DNA of 64,000 bases from Octopus bimaculoides (taxonomy: Eukaryota). Location of the stretch: contig NC_068982.1 of the NCBI RefSeq assembly GCF_001194135.2, positions 70,171,244 through 70,235,243 of the forward strand. Direction: 5' to 3'. The translations under genes and the position numbers were made by a program. The stretch's first letter is position 1. Each line of letters begins with the position of its first letter. Shown here one piece after another: positions 11,961-24,689 of this stretch. The notes under the pieces are model-generated. The model did no database searches and was not told where the DNA came from. It saw only the letters and a program-made list of their open reading frames with translations.

Positions 11961-13374
11961 ATATGTGTGTCCAGATACAAATATACGTATATACATGAAA
12001 GGCTTCCATTTACAAAATTCACTCACAAGGCACTGGGCTAGACACTTGCCCAAGGTGCTGTGCAGTGGAACTGAACCCAAAACCACATGGTTACAAAGTG
12101 AACTTAACCATGCAACTATGCCTATGCCTAAAAGAATAAAATGATATCATATTTTAATGCTTTAGAATATATTTAAATTTTATTATGGCATATATTCCAT
12201 CTATGGGACCTTAATATATGGTTTAAAAGATTCATTGAAGGTTATTAAAACAGGATGTTGAAACTAAGATGAAAATAATCTTAGAAAATAATTGCCATAT
12301 GTTCAAATTCGGCAAAAACTGCAGGAAATTGGTAAAATGAATAGAAATATTTCCCCCATGGTAAGACATGTTTTCGCAGAGAAGTGGAAGTGAAGGACAC
12401 CACATGTATGACAATGAAGCTTGCTTACTTGGTGACCTCATTAGTAACAGCAGCATGAAAACAAAAAGCACCCAGTACACTCTGTAAAGTGGTTAGCATT
12501 AGGACGGGCATCTAACCACAGAAACCAAGCCAGAGCTGACACTGGAGTTTGACACAGTCCTGTGGCTCATCAAATCTGCTCAAACTATTCATCCCATACT
12601 AGCAAGAACAACATTAAATGACGATAATGATGATGATGTTGATAACTATTATTATTATTGGGCAGTGAACTGGCAGAATCATTAGCATACCAAGCAAAAT
12701 ACCAAGCAGCATTTCACCCATCTTTATGCTCTGAGTTCAAATTCTGCTGAGGTCAACTTCACCTTTCATCCTTTCGGGGTCAATAAAATAAGTATCAGTT
12801 GAGCACTGGGAAGTGTCTTCTACTATAGCCCTTCCACCAAAATTGCTGGCCTTGTGCCAAAATTTGAAACCATTATTATCATTATTATTGTTATTATATG
12901 AATGCAGTTATAATACATCTTAGACATATAGTATACAATGCTGGAAAAATCACAGATCAGATAACTAACACCGGTCAGAACTAACTTGAGACTCTTTCAA
13001 TAAGCAAATTTATGGGAATCTGAACAAAGTGCAAGCTTTCAAGAATAACTGAAAGAAAACAGCAATCTCAATGATGTAAAGAAACAAACATCACCAAACT
13101 TTGTTCTGCTTTATTTTTAAGATTAGCACTGAGGTGATTCAGAAACCCAAAGCCTCATAAGACTGAAGCTTGGCTGAGTTTTCATGGCATATAAGTGATG
13201 GAGAATGTAACACTCTTCTCTGGATGGAACATTCATCCATCACAAGGTTAGTTCACCAGCTGTTGGCAGAACTAATTTTTTTTACAAATGAGTTGACTGG
13301 AGCAATATGAAATGAAGTGTTTTGCTCAGAAACAGAAGGCGCCACCAACTCCAGGAATCAAAACTATAATCTTA

Positions 13375-13768
13375 TGATTAATAGCCATGTGGTTTACAAG
13401 TTCACTTTCAGAACATTTGGTTTCAGGTTCAGTCCCACTACACAGCACCTTGGGGAAGTGTCTTCTACTATCGCCCAAAGCCTTGACAGTAAATTTAGTA
13501 GACAGAAACTATGTGGAAGTCTACCCGGTGTATGCATGCATGCGTGTGTGTGTGTGTGTTTATCTCACAGTCCCAACCACCACCACCACAGCTTGACAAC
13601 TGGTATTGGTTTGTTTATCTCTTTGTAACTTAGCAGTTCAGAAAAAAAAGCTGACAGAATAAACACCAGGCTTTAAAAGAAGTACTAGCATTGATTTGTT
13701 TGACGAAATCCTTCAAGGTGGTGCTTCTATTTGGCCATGGCCCAATAACTGAAACAAGTAAAAGATGA
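13375..13768 (+). mobile_element. SINE family 1
   Basis: Similar to 43556-43947. It ends about 70 nt from the exon 13840 donor. Confidence 0.8.
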
Positions 13769-13839
13769 GTGCAACACCTTAACACTAAGTCACATGCTTT
13801 CACTTTTTAAGATTAAAAATGAAAATACAACCTACTAAC

Positions 13840-14023
13840 CTAAAGACATTTGGGCCAAAAACAATGGCAAGGACCATAGGCCCCATTTTATTTTCTTCTT
13901 CATGCTGTGCTACATCTACTAAGAAGTTCAACAGATATTTCAGCAGATCATAATGTTCCTCAGGTAACTCATTGAATTCCTCCCGGACTTTAGCAACATA
14001 GTCTTCTGGATTGGAGTTTAGAC
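13840..14023 (-). CDS. FAM13A: FAM13-like RhoGAP exon
   Basis: 184 nt, phase 1-2, acceptor ttcCAG at 14024 and donor AG|GTTAGT at 13839. It encodes SLNSNPEDYVAKVREEFNELPEEHYDLLKYLLNFLVDVAQHEEENKMGPMVLAIVFGPNVF(R), which carries the RhoGAP LP..HY.LLKYL and N.M....LA.VFGPN motifs. Confidence 0.95.
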
Positions 14024-14330
14024 CTGGAATGGTTAATGATAAGGAAGCAATTATTTTTATCACCAACATTATCAAACATTTAAAACAGACAAATTTTAAT
14101 AGACACATGGAAATAACTGAGGAATTCTTTTTGGGAATAGTGAATCTCAAAGAACATGAAGTTAAAAATAATAGCATTTAACTAATGGGTTGAAAAAGAC
14201 CTTTTTCGAAAAATGAAGTTGAAGGCTACCCATGGGGCTTGAACTCAGATCTATAAATGGGTTAAACAAATCATAGGTTTAAATAAATCTGGTCGTCTGG
14301 TTTCTCCAGCCTCTCAGCAACAGGCCACAC

Positions 14331-14372
<42 letters not shown>

Positions 14373-14374
14373 CA

Positions 14375-14589
14375 TGAGGGGGTGCAGAAAAGTTCTTGGC
14401 TTTGAGTAGAAGAAAATACAGAAGGATCAGTTAATTATAATTTCATTCAATATATTCCCCTCACAGAATTACATACTTATTGCAGTGGCCCTTCAGTTTT
14501 TCTAAGCCCTGTAAAAACTTGGAAAGTTGGGCATCCAGCCAGGCCTTTCACAATACACTTAAAGCCAGGAACTTTCCAGCACCCTCTCA
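14375..14589. mobile_element. Mariner-type MITE
   Basis: TIRs tgagggggtgcagaaaagttcttggcttt and aaagccaggaactttccagcaccctctca, with ta on the right flank and ca on the left. Confidence 0.75.
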
Positions 14590-14604
14590 TATACACACAC
14601 ATAA

Positions 14605-14647
<43 letters not shown>

Positions 14648-15325
14648 AGTATCAATTTACTCATTGAGGTCATAGTGAAATTACTATGGGTTTTACATAA
14701 CATAAACAATATCATATAATCAATGTTACATAATCACTGTTCATATTCATGCTTTTCAACTTGCTAAATGATTTATTTAACCCATATGATGTTGAAACAG
14801 CTGTAACCAAGAAACATGTGATACAGTACCACCATTCTTGTATTATTTATTATTTTATACTGTGTGATTAAGGAATTTTTTTTTCTTAGAAAGTACCAAG
14901 CAAGATGAGAAGCCACTTAGTGTAAGGGAGTCATCATCATCATCATCAGAATGAAGGAGAAATTAAGATGAAAGGAATGAATTTACTTTAGACTTGAAAG
15001 AGCTCGGGTCACAAGAAATGGGAAAACAATGAAATGGAAGAAAGTTCCAAAATCTGGTAGTTCAAAGAAAGGAAAACACTGAGATGGAAGAGAGTTTCAA
15101 AGTCTTGCAATTTGAGGAATTTACAGGGTTTTCAGTTTTCACAAAACACATGCTTTGACTGTAGTATTGTTCCTTCCTATACAGTCTGCTAGTCAGTATT
15201 CAGAGGGGTACTGAGTGAGATAACTGCCTGGATTCTCAGGTCCCCTTTCGTCTGACTCACACACACACACACACACACACTGTTTGAAATAGATTTGTTT
15301 GTATTTGAAACATTAATTAAATTGA

Positions 15326-15550
15326 AAATTCTTTATAAAGAAACAGCAAATTAACACAGACTTAATGTAAGAGGGTTTTGTGTAAACACTAGCAGTGTCT
15401 TCAGCTTTTCAAATACACATGGTAATCTGTATTGTGAATTATACAAGATTACAATGTATGTTTGAAAAGCTGAAGAAAGCAAATGTGCTTACACAAAAAC
15501 TCTTTTCTGTATGATCTGGTCTGTATTTAAATTGCTTTTTGTGAAGAAAA
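15326..15550. repeat. Long imperfect palindrome (arms about 105 bp, 10-nt loop)
   Basis: The core tcttcagcttttcaaa...tttgaaaagctgaaga spans 15398-15476, and the outer arms continue imperfectly. Confidence 0.85.
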
Positions 15551-15929
15551 GCATTTTTTAAAATATAATCAATAATTTACAATTTTTAAAAAATCGTTTT
15601 TTTTTTCTGATATTGTGACTGTATCAAGAAAATTTTTCTGAATTTTTAAATATATATATATATATACACACACATACAGTTAAGATACAAAAAGACAGTT
15701 AAATTTTAAATCATTCTTAATAAATCTTACACAATAATAATCTCTATCTACTTCTCTTTTTTTCTTTCCCTCCTCTAGTCACATTGACACAGACGAGTTA
15801 GTTTCATAACTAATTCTGCTCTATTTTTTATCTTTCCATGCCATAAAAATGCACAAATCTGATATATCTGCTGTCCACCAGGTCTTTGTAGAATTAATAA
15901 GATTTAATAAAATTTTACTAATCATTTAA

Positions 15930-16151
15930 CCCTTTTGATACAGGCCAGTCTGAGACCATGCCTGGTTCTCTGGTGCACACTCCCAGTTTTCAAGGGATCT
16001 AAGTTAAGACCTCCCATCAAAATTTAATGTTAGTTTATGTTCCAAACACCAGCATTATCATGACAAAATTATTTTACTAAATTTTTCATTATTTCTATAA
16101 TTAACCAAAACAAAGGCAGCATATTTTAACAGAAACATAGTAACAAAAGGG
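15930..16151. mobile_element. piggyBac-type MITE, family A
   Basis: TTAA|CCCTTTTG...CAAAAGGG|TTAA. Related copies lie at 24511-24986, 26179-26582 and 36721-36924. Confidence 0.8.
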
Positions 16152-17215
16152 TTAAATCAACCCATGGCATTTGAAAGAAATGATGTAGCCTGGGACTGTG
16201 GAAAATTGTCTGAGGGGCAGTACCAGTGATTCAAACATCCACTGTCAAAATGTGTCATTGATTCTCCCTGAAGAATATGATGTCATAGTGTCTACGGCAT
16301 CTAGCTATACTAAAAAAAACCCGTCCTCCATAGCAGGTACATTAAGACCACACCCTCTGGGGAAGAGGATTGGCCTGCAAGGATCTTGTGCCAGTGCCAC
16401 GTAAAAAGCACTCATGTCAGTGCCACATAAAAACACTTGTACCAGTGCCACATTAAAAGCACCCAGCACACACTGTAAAGTGGTTGACATTTGGAAGGGC
16501 ATCCAGATGTAGAAACCAAGCCAGCTCTAGTCAAACCGTCCTACCCATACCAGCATGGAAAACGGATGTCAAGGGATGATGATGATGATGATATAAATAT
16601 ATGTGCTTGAGAAGACCTGTCTACCACAACAGAATTGATAACCTAAACCACCTTGGTAAATGCTTGCATGTGCCCCACCACTTCATTCCGTAAAACTCAT
16701 CACTTCTATACCTCTGGTATTATTCAGTTAACATAATCTCCTGAGAGTAGAATAGGTACATACCATATCTCCTCCCTTTCATTACCTTCCTTTTTCCTCC
16801 CCAACCCCAGAACCATTTCCATTCCCCATTATCTTCCTAGTCATATATATATATATTATACGTACACACACACACACACTTACACAGAGGTGAGTGGACA
16901 AACAAAAGAGGCACTCATCACATCAAGAAGGAGTTACATATATTTAAATACACACATACACAGATATATACAAATACACATACATACATAGACATATAAG
17001 TAAACACATATTACATACATAAGCATACACACACACATGCATTAATTCATTTTATAAACACCAGCATAGTAAAGACAAAGCTGTTTCACTTTATTCTTTA
17101 TTTTCATAATTAGCTGAAACAAAACCAGTGTATTTCAACAGCAATATGGTAATGAAAGGGTTGAAGTTTGGCTTTGATACAGGCAGAGATTGTTTCTTGT
17201 AAAAAATAAACTTAC

Positions 17216-17425
17216 TTTCATGTATGTTTACAAATTGCTTTGTCATGTGTTCTGGAATCACAGAATCAGGCAACTCCCGAAGGAACAGCTTGAGAAGACC
17301 AGCAACAGCCATTACATCCCCATCTTCAGTAAAATCAGCATCTCCCGTCTGATCAAAGGATGCTCGGAGTTTGTCAATGATACGAGTACTCCCATTAACT
17401 CGGAATATGCCCTCTTGATCATAAC
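17216..17425 (-). CDS. FAM13A: FAM13-like RhoGAP exon containing the arginine finger
   Basis: 210 nt, phase 1-1, acceptor tttCAG at 17426 and donor A|GTAAGT at 17215. It encodes GYDQEGIFRVNGSTRIIDKLRASFDQTGDADFTEDGDVMAVAGLLKLFLRELPDSVIPEHMTKQFVNIHE. FRVNG and LLKLFLRELPDS are characteristic of the FAM13 RhoGAP domain. Confidence 0.95.
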
Positions 17426-17917
17426 CTGAAATATATATAGATTATTATAGATCAAAACAAATTAAGGTTTTTGATTAGCATTATGACTATGATGGTAGCG
17501 GTGGTGATGGTAAAGGTGTCTGTGTTTTCAACATGTAAAAGGTTCTTGAAATGTTTGCTGAGATTACGTTGTTCCTAGAGAAACAAAAATGTATTTCAAA
17601 ATTATGTGACATAATTAACACTGAAAGAATAGACTGGAACAGAAATAAATGTTAGAGAAATAATGGGGAAGGGGAGACATAGCAAAGCATTATACAAGCT
17701 TAGAATATTAACCGAAACTAATTTTCCCCCAAAAAAACTCATCAATCAAGGAAAATTTTATAGCAGTCAACAGAACGTTAAGGCTTAAGTCTATGAAAAT
17801 TCAACAAATATTTCAAGAAAAAAATTTTAAAAACTTTGAGGTAATGAAGAAATTAAAAGCCATACAAGCTTCTAGTCATGATAGACAAAAATATATCAAG
17901 AAAAATTAACATTAATA

Positions 17918-18305
17918 TAGGCACAGGCATAGCTGTGTGGTAAGAAGCTTGCTTCCGGGTTCAGTCCCACTACATGACACCTTGGGCAAGTGTCTTTTAC
18001 TATAGCCTCAAGCCAACCAAAGCCTTGTGAGTGGATTTGGTGGACAGAAACTGAAAGAAGCCCATCATATACGTATATATCTATGCATGGGTGTCAGTGT
18101 TTGTCCCCCATCACCTCTTGACAACTGGTGTTGGTGCGTTTACATCCCTGTAACTTAGCAGTTCAGCAAAAGAGATTAATAGAATAAGTATCAGGCTTTC
18201 AAAATAAAAAAATTAAGTACTGAGGTTGATCCATTTGACTAAAAACTCTTCAAGGAAGTGCCCCAGCATGGCCACAGACTAATGACTGAAACAAGTAAAA
18301 GATAT
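17918..18305 (+). mobile_element. SINE family 1
   Basis: Head ggcacaggcatagctgtgtggtaagaagc through tail gaaacaagtaaaagat. Confidence 0.85.
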
Positions 18306-19544
18306 GCCTACATTCTCACAGTAGGTTGTCAAAACAAGGAGACACAACCACTTATGTTCCTTTATGTTCACCCTTCATGTTCCAATCACCATCTTATCTT
18401 AATAATGATGTAGTTATTTTACTAAATTCTATGTTATTTTCAAAATTGGGCACCTCAATCAGTCAAACTCCTCCTCACACTGACCTTTCCCCTCTCCAAT
18501 GACGCTCCCAATGCATCTCCTCCACCACCTGATGCCACTTTTCTTTCTTGCTACCCAGAACCCTTTCATTTGTTGAGCCATTATTCATCCATTAATATTG
18601 TTCTCTACACCTAGACATTACACTGGTCATCACCCCTCTCCTCCAGTGGACCACCAAATTACCTCTCCTCATCCAACATGCTTCTCTCTCTCTCTCTCTC
18701 CTCCTTTTCCTGCAGCCTACACAAATATATCACTTCTCTCTTATCCTCTCCCTATCATCTACATCACCATTATTACAATCCTGTTACTGCTCTCTTCTTG
18801 AATCCCTCAACCTTCCCCAACTCATGCGCCACTGGTCAACTCCCATCCCTGCATCCACCCTTCAACCCTACCCAATTTCTACAGATGCTGAAACAACATA
18901 CTTTGAAGGAATTTAAAGGTAACATAACCAAAGGTAGAGTAAGAAAATCCATGAACCAGGTACTCCAAATCAGTCAGAAGGACAATATTACCGACCTATC
19001 CTCTTCCATTTCTTCTATCTCTTGCTTCACCCCTCCATACACTCCTATAAACCCTTATACACACACACTCCTAGCTTTTCTATCCCTACTCACTTTTACA
19101 CACCTTGCACTGTGAGCAGCCACCCGGACACTTCATCACCACCATTTATCTCATCATAGTTACAACTGATTCATTTCTATCTCCCCTAAATGTGAATAGC
19201 CATGTAGATCCTCCACAAGAAGCTGCTCTGTGCCATCTCCATCTCTCATACCTTAATCTTCATGTCCTAGCATAAAAATACCTCTCCCCACTCCTCAAGT
19301 TTCAAGCTGGATGGCAGCCTCACTAGTGCCAATGGCACAAGAAAGCACCCAGTATGAACTTGTAAAGTTATTGGTGTTACGATGAGCATCCATCCATAGA
19401 AACCATGTCAAAGCAGACACTAGAGCATGATATAGTCTTTGGACTGGTCAGGTCCTGTCAAATCATCCAACCCATGCTAGCATGGAACAGGGACATTAAA
19501 TGTTGATGATGATTTTTATGTGTTTATTCCTTTCTTTTTTTTTG

Positions 19545-19895
19545 TTTCAGTCATTTGATTGCAGCCATGCTGGAGCATCACCTTAAAAGGTTTTAGTCAA
19601 AGAAATTGATCCTGGGACTTATTCTATCAGTTTCTTTTGCTAAACCACTAAGTTATGGGGACATGAACACACCAGCATCAGTTGTCAAGCAATGGCAGGG
19701 GGACAAACACTGATACACACACATAAATGCACTATATATGATGAGCTTCTTTCAGTTTCCATCTACCAAATCTACACACAAGGCTTTGGTCAGCCTGAGG
19801 CCATAGTAAAAGACACTTGCCCAAGGTACCATGCAGTGGGACTGAACTTGGAACCATGTGGTTGGGAAGCAAGCCCCTTACCACACAGCCATGCC
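19545..19895 (-). mobile_element. SINE family 1
   Basis: Reverse complement of the family-1 sequence. Confidence 0.8.
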
Positions 19896-21835
19896 TGTTT
19901 GTATCTCTACCCTCACTTGACAACTGATATTGGTTTGATTACATCCTGTAACTTAGTAATACAGCAAAAGAGATTGGTAGAAAAGTTTCAGACCTTAAAA
20001 GAACAAAAAAAAAAAAAAAANNNNNNNNNNAAAAAAAAAAAAAAAAAGGAAAAGAAACCTAAGTACTGGAGTCAACCTAGTTGACTAAAACCTTTCAAGG
20101 CAGCAAGTACTCCAGTATGGCCACAGCCGAATGACTGAAACAAGTAAAAACTATAAAAGATATGTTAAGAATATTGTTTATCAACTACTTCTTCAAACTT
20201 GTTGCTGGGTCATAAATGTCACGAACGTTGCAGTTAAAAATAATTCTAACACACATCTGGTAAATTGTATTTATTTTTACACTTCTTGTCAAATATATTC
20301 TGCTCAGTTCTAAATCCTTCACAAAATCTCAACCAACCAGTAACAAGCAAGTGACTTATAAAAAATATTGGCCTTGTAACTTTCCTCGGAGGACAATGGG
20401 AAGCAGACAGATCGGCTGGGTTTTGTTTTCTTCTCTCTCTTTTTTTTTAAGCTTGGGTACTTATCCAATCAGTCCTTTTTGCTAAGTTACATGGATGTAA
20501 ACAAAGTAACACTGGTTGTCAAGTGGTGGAATAAACACACACATACACATGTATGTATGTATGTATGCATACACAACAGGCTTCTTACACAGAAAGTGGT
20601 CAGCCCAAGGCTATAATAGAGGGCACTTGCCAAAGGTGCTGCCCAGTGGAACTGAATCCCACCAAACCACATATACATATATATATATCCAATTTGAGTT
20701 ATTTTTAACACTTTTAGGAAAAGCAAGCAAACCAATGAAGTGAAACTACTAAACTGTTTACCTTTTGAATTAGGTATTATCAAGTAGACTCATACAGGAA
20801 TAGAATAGTGCTAGTTAATAAACAAGTACAAACAACAACAACAATAATAATAATAATAATAATAATATGTGAATCAAGATAGTGTCAAAAAGAAATCAAT
20901 ACATTAGAACCAATAACTAATTTGGTAATAGTCATTCCCTTTTGTTGATTGCCCAGCAAAGAACAATGAGTACGTTTTCAATCTAAACCAGGCTAGCAAA
21001 CATAGCTGCTACCAGTCTTAATACTAAACTAATAATTGGATTCTCTTAGTAGGGAACCAAGCAAATATATTAGATTTGGTGAAACCAAGTAAACAATCAC
21101 CACAAATTACTTTGATCAAAATGATACTGATCTTTTGTATTCAGCTTTTCTAATTCTGTTCCTAATTCTGTTCCACGTTTGTATGTGTATTTTTGCATGC
21201 TCTAAACAGCACATTAACTATTGAGTGGCCTTGAAATTTTTTTTTTTGACCAATTTCTCCAGCAGATTCTAACATCCCAAAATTGCTACACACTGCTTCA
21301 TTTGAAGAGCTGTGTTACTTTTCTTTTCTTCTTATATATATATATATATATATATATATTTGCTTATTTATTGCTTTTCATCTTTTTCCGTCCTTACAGT
21401 TAAACATGTTCAGGTAGTTTCCATTATATCATTTCATTAATATCACACTGAATAATAAATGATATTAAGTACAAATGACTGCTTTTTTGGCACATGCCAA
21501 TGCACCTATATATGTATATACACACATATCTACATATACATGTGCATACAGACAAAAAAGGATGTATGAATGTATGAGTAAGCATAGTATAGTAAATAGA
21601 AGAGGAGCTCAATGTTGAATAGGGAGTATATTTTGTAAATAGGTTTACTCATATTCTTACAGCATGGCCGCTATTGTACCAGCAAAACAAACATCTGCTA
21701 TCCCTTATATAAAGAAATTTTTTTTTGGGGGGGGGGGGCATATTGTCATTTAAATTATGCAAAAATGAAAACAACACTGACAACTCATTTTAACAGATAT
21801 ATTTACCAAATTTACATAAAAATACTGAAGGGTAA

Positions 21836-22290
21836 ATTTATTCAATAAAATCACCATTGGCTTCAACCACAGCCTCCAGACGACTTTGGAATCTCCTGCA
21901 ACTCTTCTGGATGGTCTCCCTGCTTAAGTTGGTGAATGCTGCCATAATCCTTGCCTTTAATTAATCTTTGATGTTACAAAGAGCTCTGTTGGTCTCTTGC
22001 TCAACAACACCCCACTCATAATAATCATGGGAGTTGCAGTCTGGGGAGTTAGGTGGCTAGATGTTAGGGGTGATGTGGATGCAGAAATTCTTCAACAGTC
22101 ATGACTGGGTTCTCCTCCTTGTGTGACAGAGGGTCTTCTAGCAACTACCCTCTTGACCCAGGGCTGCACTAACTCCACCAGGCACCTGATGTAGGCCTCT
22201 GTGTTGAATCTGAGACTGTGTGGGAAAATGAATAGAGGCATAACATCGCCATCACCAGTGATCACTCCAAAAATGAGGATGTTTAATTTT
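21836..22290 (-). pseudogene. Tc1/mariner (DD37D/maT-like) transposase relic, C-terminal half
   Basis: The minus strand reads ILIFGVITGDGDVMPLFIFPHSLRFNTEAYIRCLVELVQPWVKRVVARRP...HTRRRTQS*LLKNFCIHITPNI*PPNSPDCNSHDYYEWGVVEQETNRALCNIKD*LKARIMAAFTNLSRETIQKSCRRFQSRLEAVVEANGDF. It has the (W)PPNSPD motif, several stops and a deletion over the second catalytic Asp region. Confidence 0.85.
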
Positions 22291-23032
22291 TATCACTCTC
22301 AGTACATGCACTGTACTCAGATTGACACCCAAACACTCTGAAATGTTTGTATTGGAGGTTCCGGCACAAATGCCAAGCAGTATAGCAAGTCATTTCCAAA
22401 TTTCTGGCAGAGTGAATTACGTCCCTGTAACTTAGCGGTTTGGCAAGAGAGACCGATAGAATAAGTACTAGGCTTACAAAGAATAAGTCCTGGGGGTCAA
22501 TTTACTCGACTAAAGGCGGTGCTCCAGCATGGTCACAGTCAAAATGACTGAAGAGTAATACAAAATGTTCATGAATGTATTTAGACAATAACTAAGTCAT
22601 AGGCATAAGGCCTACAACATAACACTTATCACAGACAAAACTGTAGGATATTTCTCTAAAAAGTATGAAATGTTAAATATGCACCTTTGGATTATAATAA
22701 TTATAAAAAAAAAGTCTCAAAGAATTATTTGCTGAAATGGGTCAACATAATAATAGGCTGGGTATTACTGTTTTGAAGAATGTTGACAGATTATAAGGTT
22801 TGTGAAGGTGCATGGCTTTGTGGTTAGAGCAATGAGTTCACAATCATAAGATGATGGATTCAATTTCTGAGCTGGGCTGTACATTGTTTCTTTGGAGTAA
22901 TTCACTTCATTTCATGTTGCTCCAGTCTATTCAGCCATAAATGAGTACTAGCCAAGTGCTGGTGTAGCTTTCTCTCCATCCAGCCATTATACCCTCAATA
23001 TTCTGCTGGGTTAAGGATGGGAGGGTCTAGAG

Positions 23033-23266
23033 CAGTAGTTCTCAACCATTTTTGCCTATGGACTCCTTTGATTCCTGTTTTACTCTACCAGACCTCTGTA
23101 GCTATTTGATGCTCTAAAAAAATCCTACTGTCTTATAATTAAACATTATCAGGAATTGCATCGAAAAAAAAATTAAAATATTTTGCATATTGTAGAAGTA
23201 TAACCAATTTATTGCAGATAAATTTTAGCAACAAAATCTTATATGAACCCCAGTTGAGAAACACTG
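23033..23266. mobile_element. hAT (Charlie-like) MITE
   Basis: TIRs cagtagttctcaac and gttgagaaacactg, with an 8-bp TSD gtctagag (23025-23032) / gtctcgag (23267-23274). Confidence 0.85.
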
Positions 23267-24051
23267 GTCTCGAGATAACATAGGCAACTAAAACAATGAG
23301 CAAAAGCACATTACAAGCTACAAGGTCATACTCAGTCATTCGCAAGTGATAACTAAGCCATAATGAACTTCATAAAAATTTTTAAACTGCTCTCTTTAAC
23401 ATTCAGATTACTCAACAACAACTGAGATGGTATTTCTAAGGCCCTTTACAATTGTTAAGCAATATCCTTTCCAGGTGATAATAGTTGATGTTAAGTTTCT
23501 CACTCACTTATCCACAGTACTTGAAATGAGATATAAGGAGATATTTCTCCTAAAGTGCAGGTGGAGATTATAGCTAAGCCAAACTTTTTTTTACAGGACT
23601 TTGAAGAATGACTAGTAGAGGGGTGGGGGCTGTGTTTTATGGGGGTGCTACAGGAGGAAGTAATGCATTAAGATATCAATCTAACTTGAGACTGGAAACC
23701 TGCTCTGAACACTTGAAATACAGTGGACTCTGCTAAAGGCACTCAAGGTGCAGGTGGCCGTGTTAAAACCAGAGAATGGATTGAGTCCACCATCCAACAA
23801 CATAAGCAATTCATCCAACAGGCTTCTGTACAATTTCCATGTAATCAATTCCACTCACAACCTGAATCTGTTAGAAGACATCTTCTCAAGGAGCTGTGCA
23901 GTGGGATCAATCCCAGAACCATGTGATACTGAAGCAAACTTCTTAACTACAATGCCACTGCCGCAGGCTAAAAGACAAAAACTTTCTCCGTATCTGCTCA
24001 ATGGATTCATTTCTTTGTTAAGATTCATTGAAATAAACCTAAAATCCTTAC

Positions 24052-24220
24052 CATGGTTTTCAATATGTTCACATATCTTCTTTACAATGAGGGGAATTTT
24101 AAGCCCATCAGGTGCCTGGCGAACAAGTTCTTCAAGAGGAACTCCGAAGGTCTTGTTGCTGTTTTGAGGAACAGTTTTCTTCTTGGTTCCAGGGCTTAAC
24201 AGCTTCCGCACCCTATCCAT
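24052..24220 (-). CDS. FAM13A: FAM13-like RhoGAP protein, first recognisable coding exon (exon 24052-24247, ATG at 24220)
   Basis: The acceptor ttttcttttcAG ends at 24248 and the donor G|GTAAGG starts at 24051 (phase 1). It translates to MDRVRKLLSPGTKKKTVPQNSNKTFGVPLEELVRQAPDGLKIPLIVKKICEHIENH(G), the RhoGAP N-terminal FGVxLEEL...IPxIV motif. The symbol means FAM13A/FAM13B-like; the paralogue cannot be resolved. Confidence 0.9.
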
Positions 24221-24689
24221 ACAGGCATTAACACCCTCCTCCTCGGTCTGAAAAGAAAAAAAAATAAAGATTAGAACAAAACTATTTTAATCTAAATCTC
24301 TTCAAAACTATATCATTTGGTATTTTTTAAGAAGCAAAATTCTATGATGTAAAGACCTAAAAAATAAACTAATATCATCATCATTCAACATTCATGTTCA
24401 TGGATGGGTTGGACATAAAATGATGAAAGGAATGACATATTTTACATGACTGATGGCATTGTTCATTCCAAGAACGTCTTTGAAAATCCTCATAAGTCAT
24501 TGACCTTTAAACCATTTGTTGCTATATTTCTTTAAAATACACTGCTTTTTGTTTTAATTAATTTTGAAAATAATGAAGAAATTAATGTAACTTTATCATT
24601 ATTAAGCTAGTATTTGGAACATAATTTAACATGAAATTATGATATAAGGTTTTACTTCAGATCACTTCGAAACAGAAACTATATATAAA

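Noticed and set aside
14024-14177. N-terminal part of ORF 13800-14177
   Set aside because: Intronic sequence upstream of the acceptor at 14024, with no RhoGAP similarity.
15021-15112. 50-bp tandem duplication, plus short duplications at 2635, 21150, 34025 and 44638
   Set aside because: Ordinary slippage duplications with no further structure.
18434-18460. FKIGHLN-like peptide suggesting a GIY-YIG endonuclease C-terminus
   Set aside because: The 5' part is the end of a piggyBac-type MITE fragment, so the motif is a chance junction.
23855-24051. The 121-aa ORF continuing past the first coding exon
   Set aside because: It is read-through into intron and SINE sequence. A canonical phase-1 donor at 24051 joins in frame to the next RhoGAP exon.
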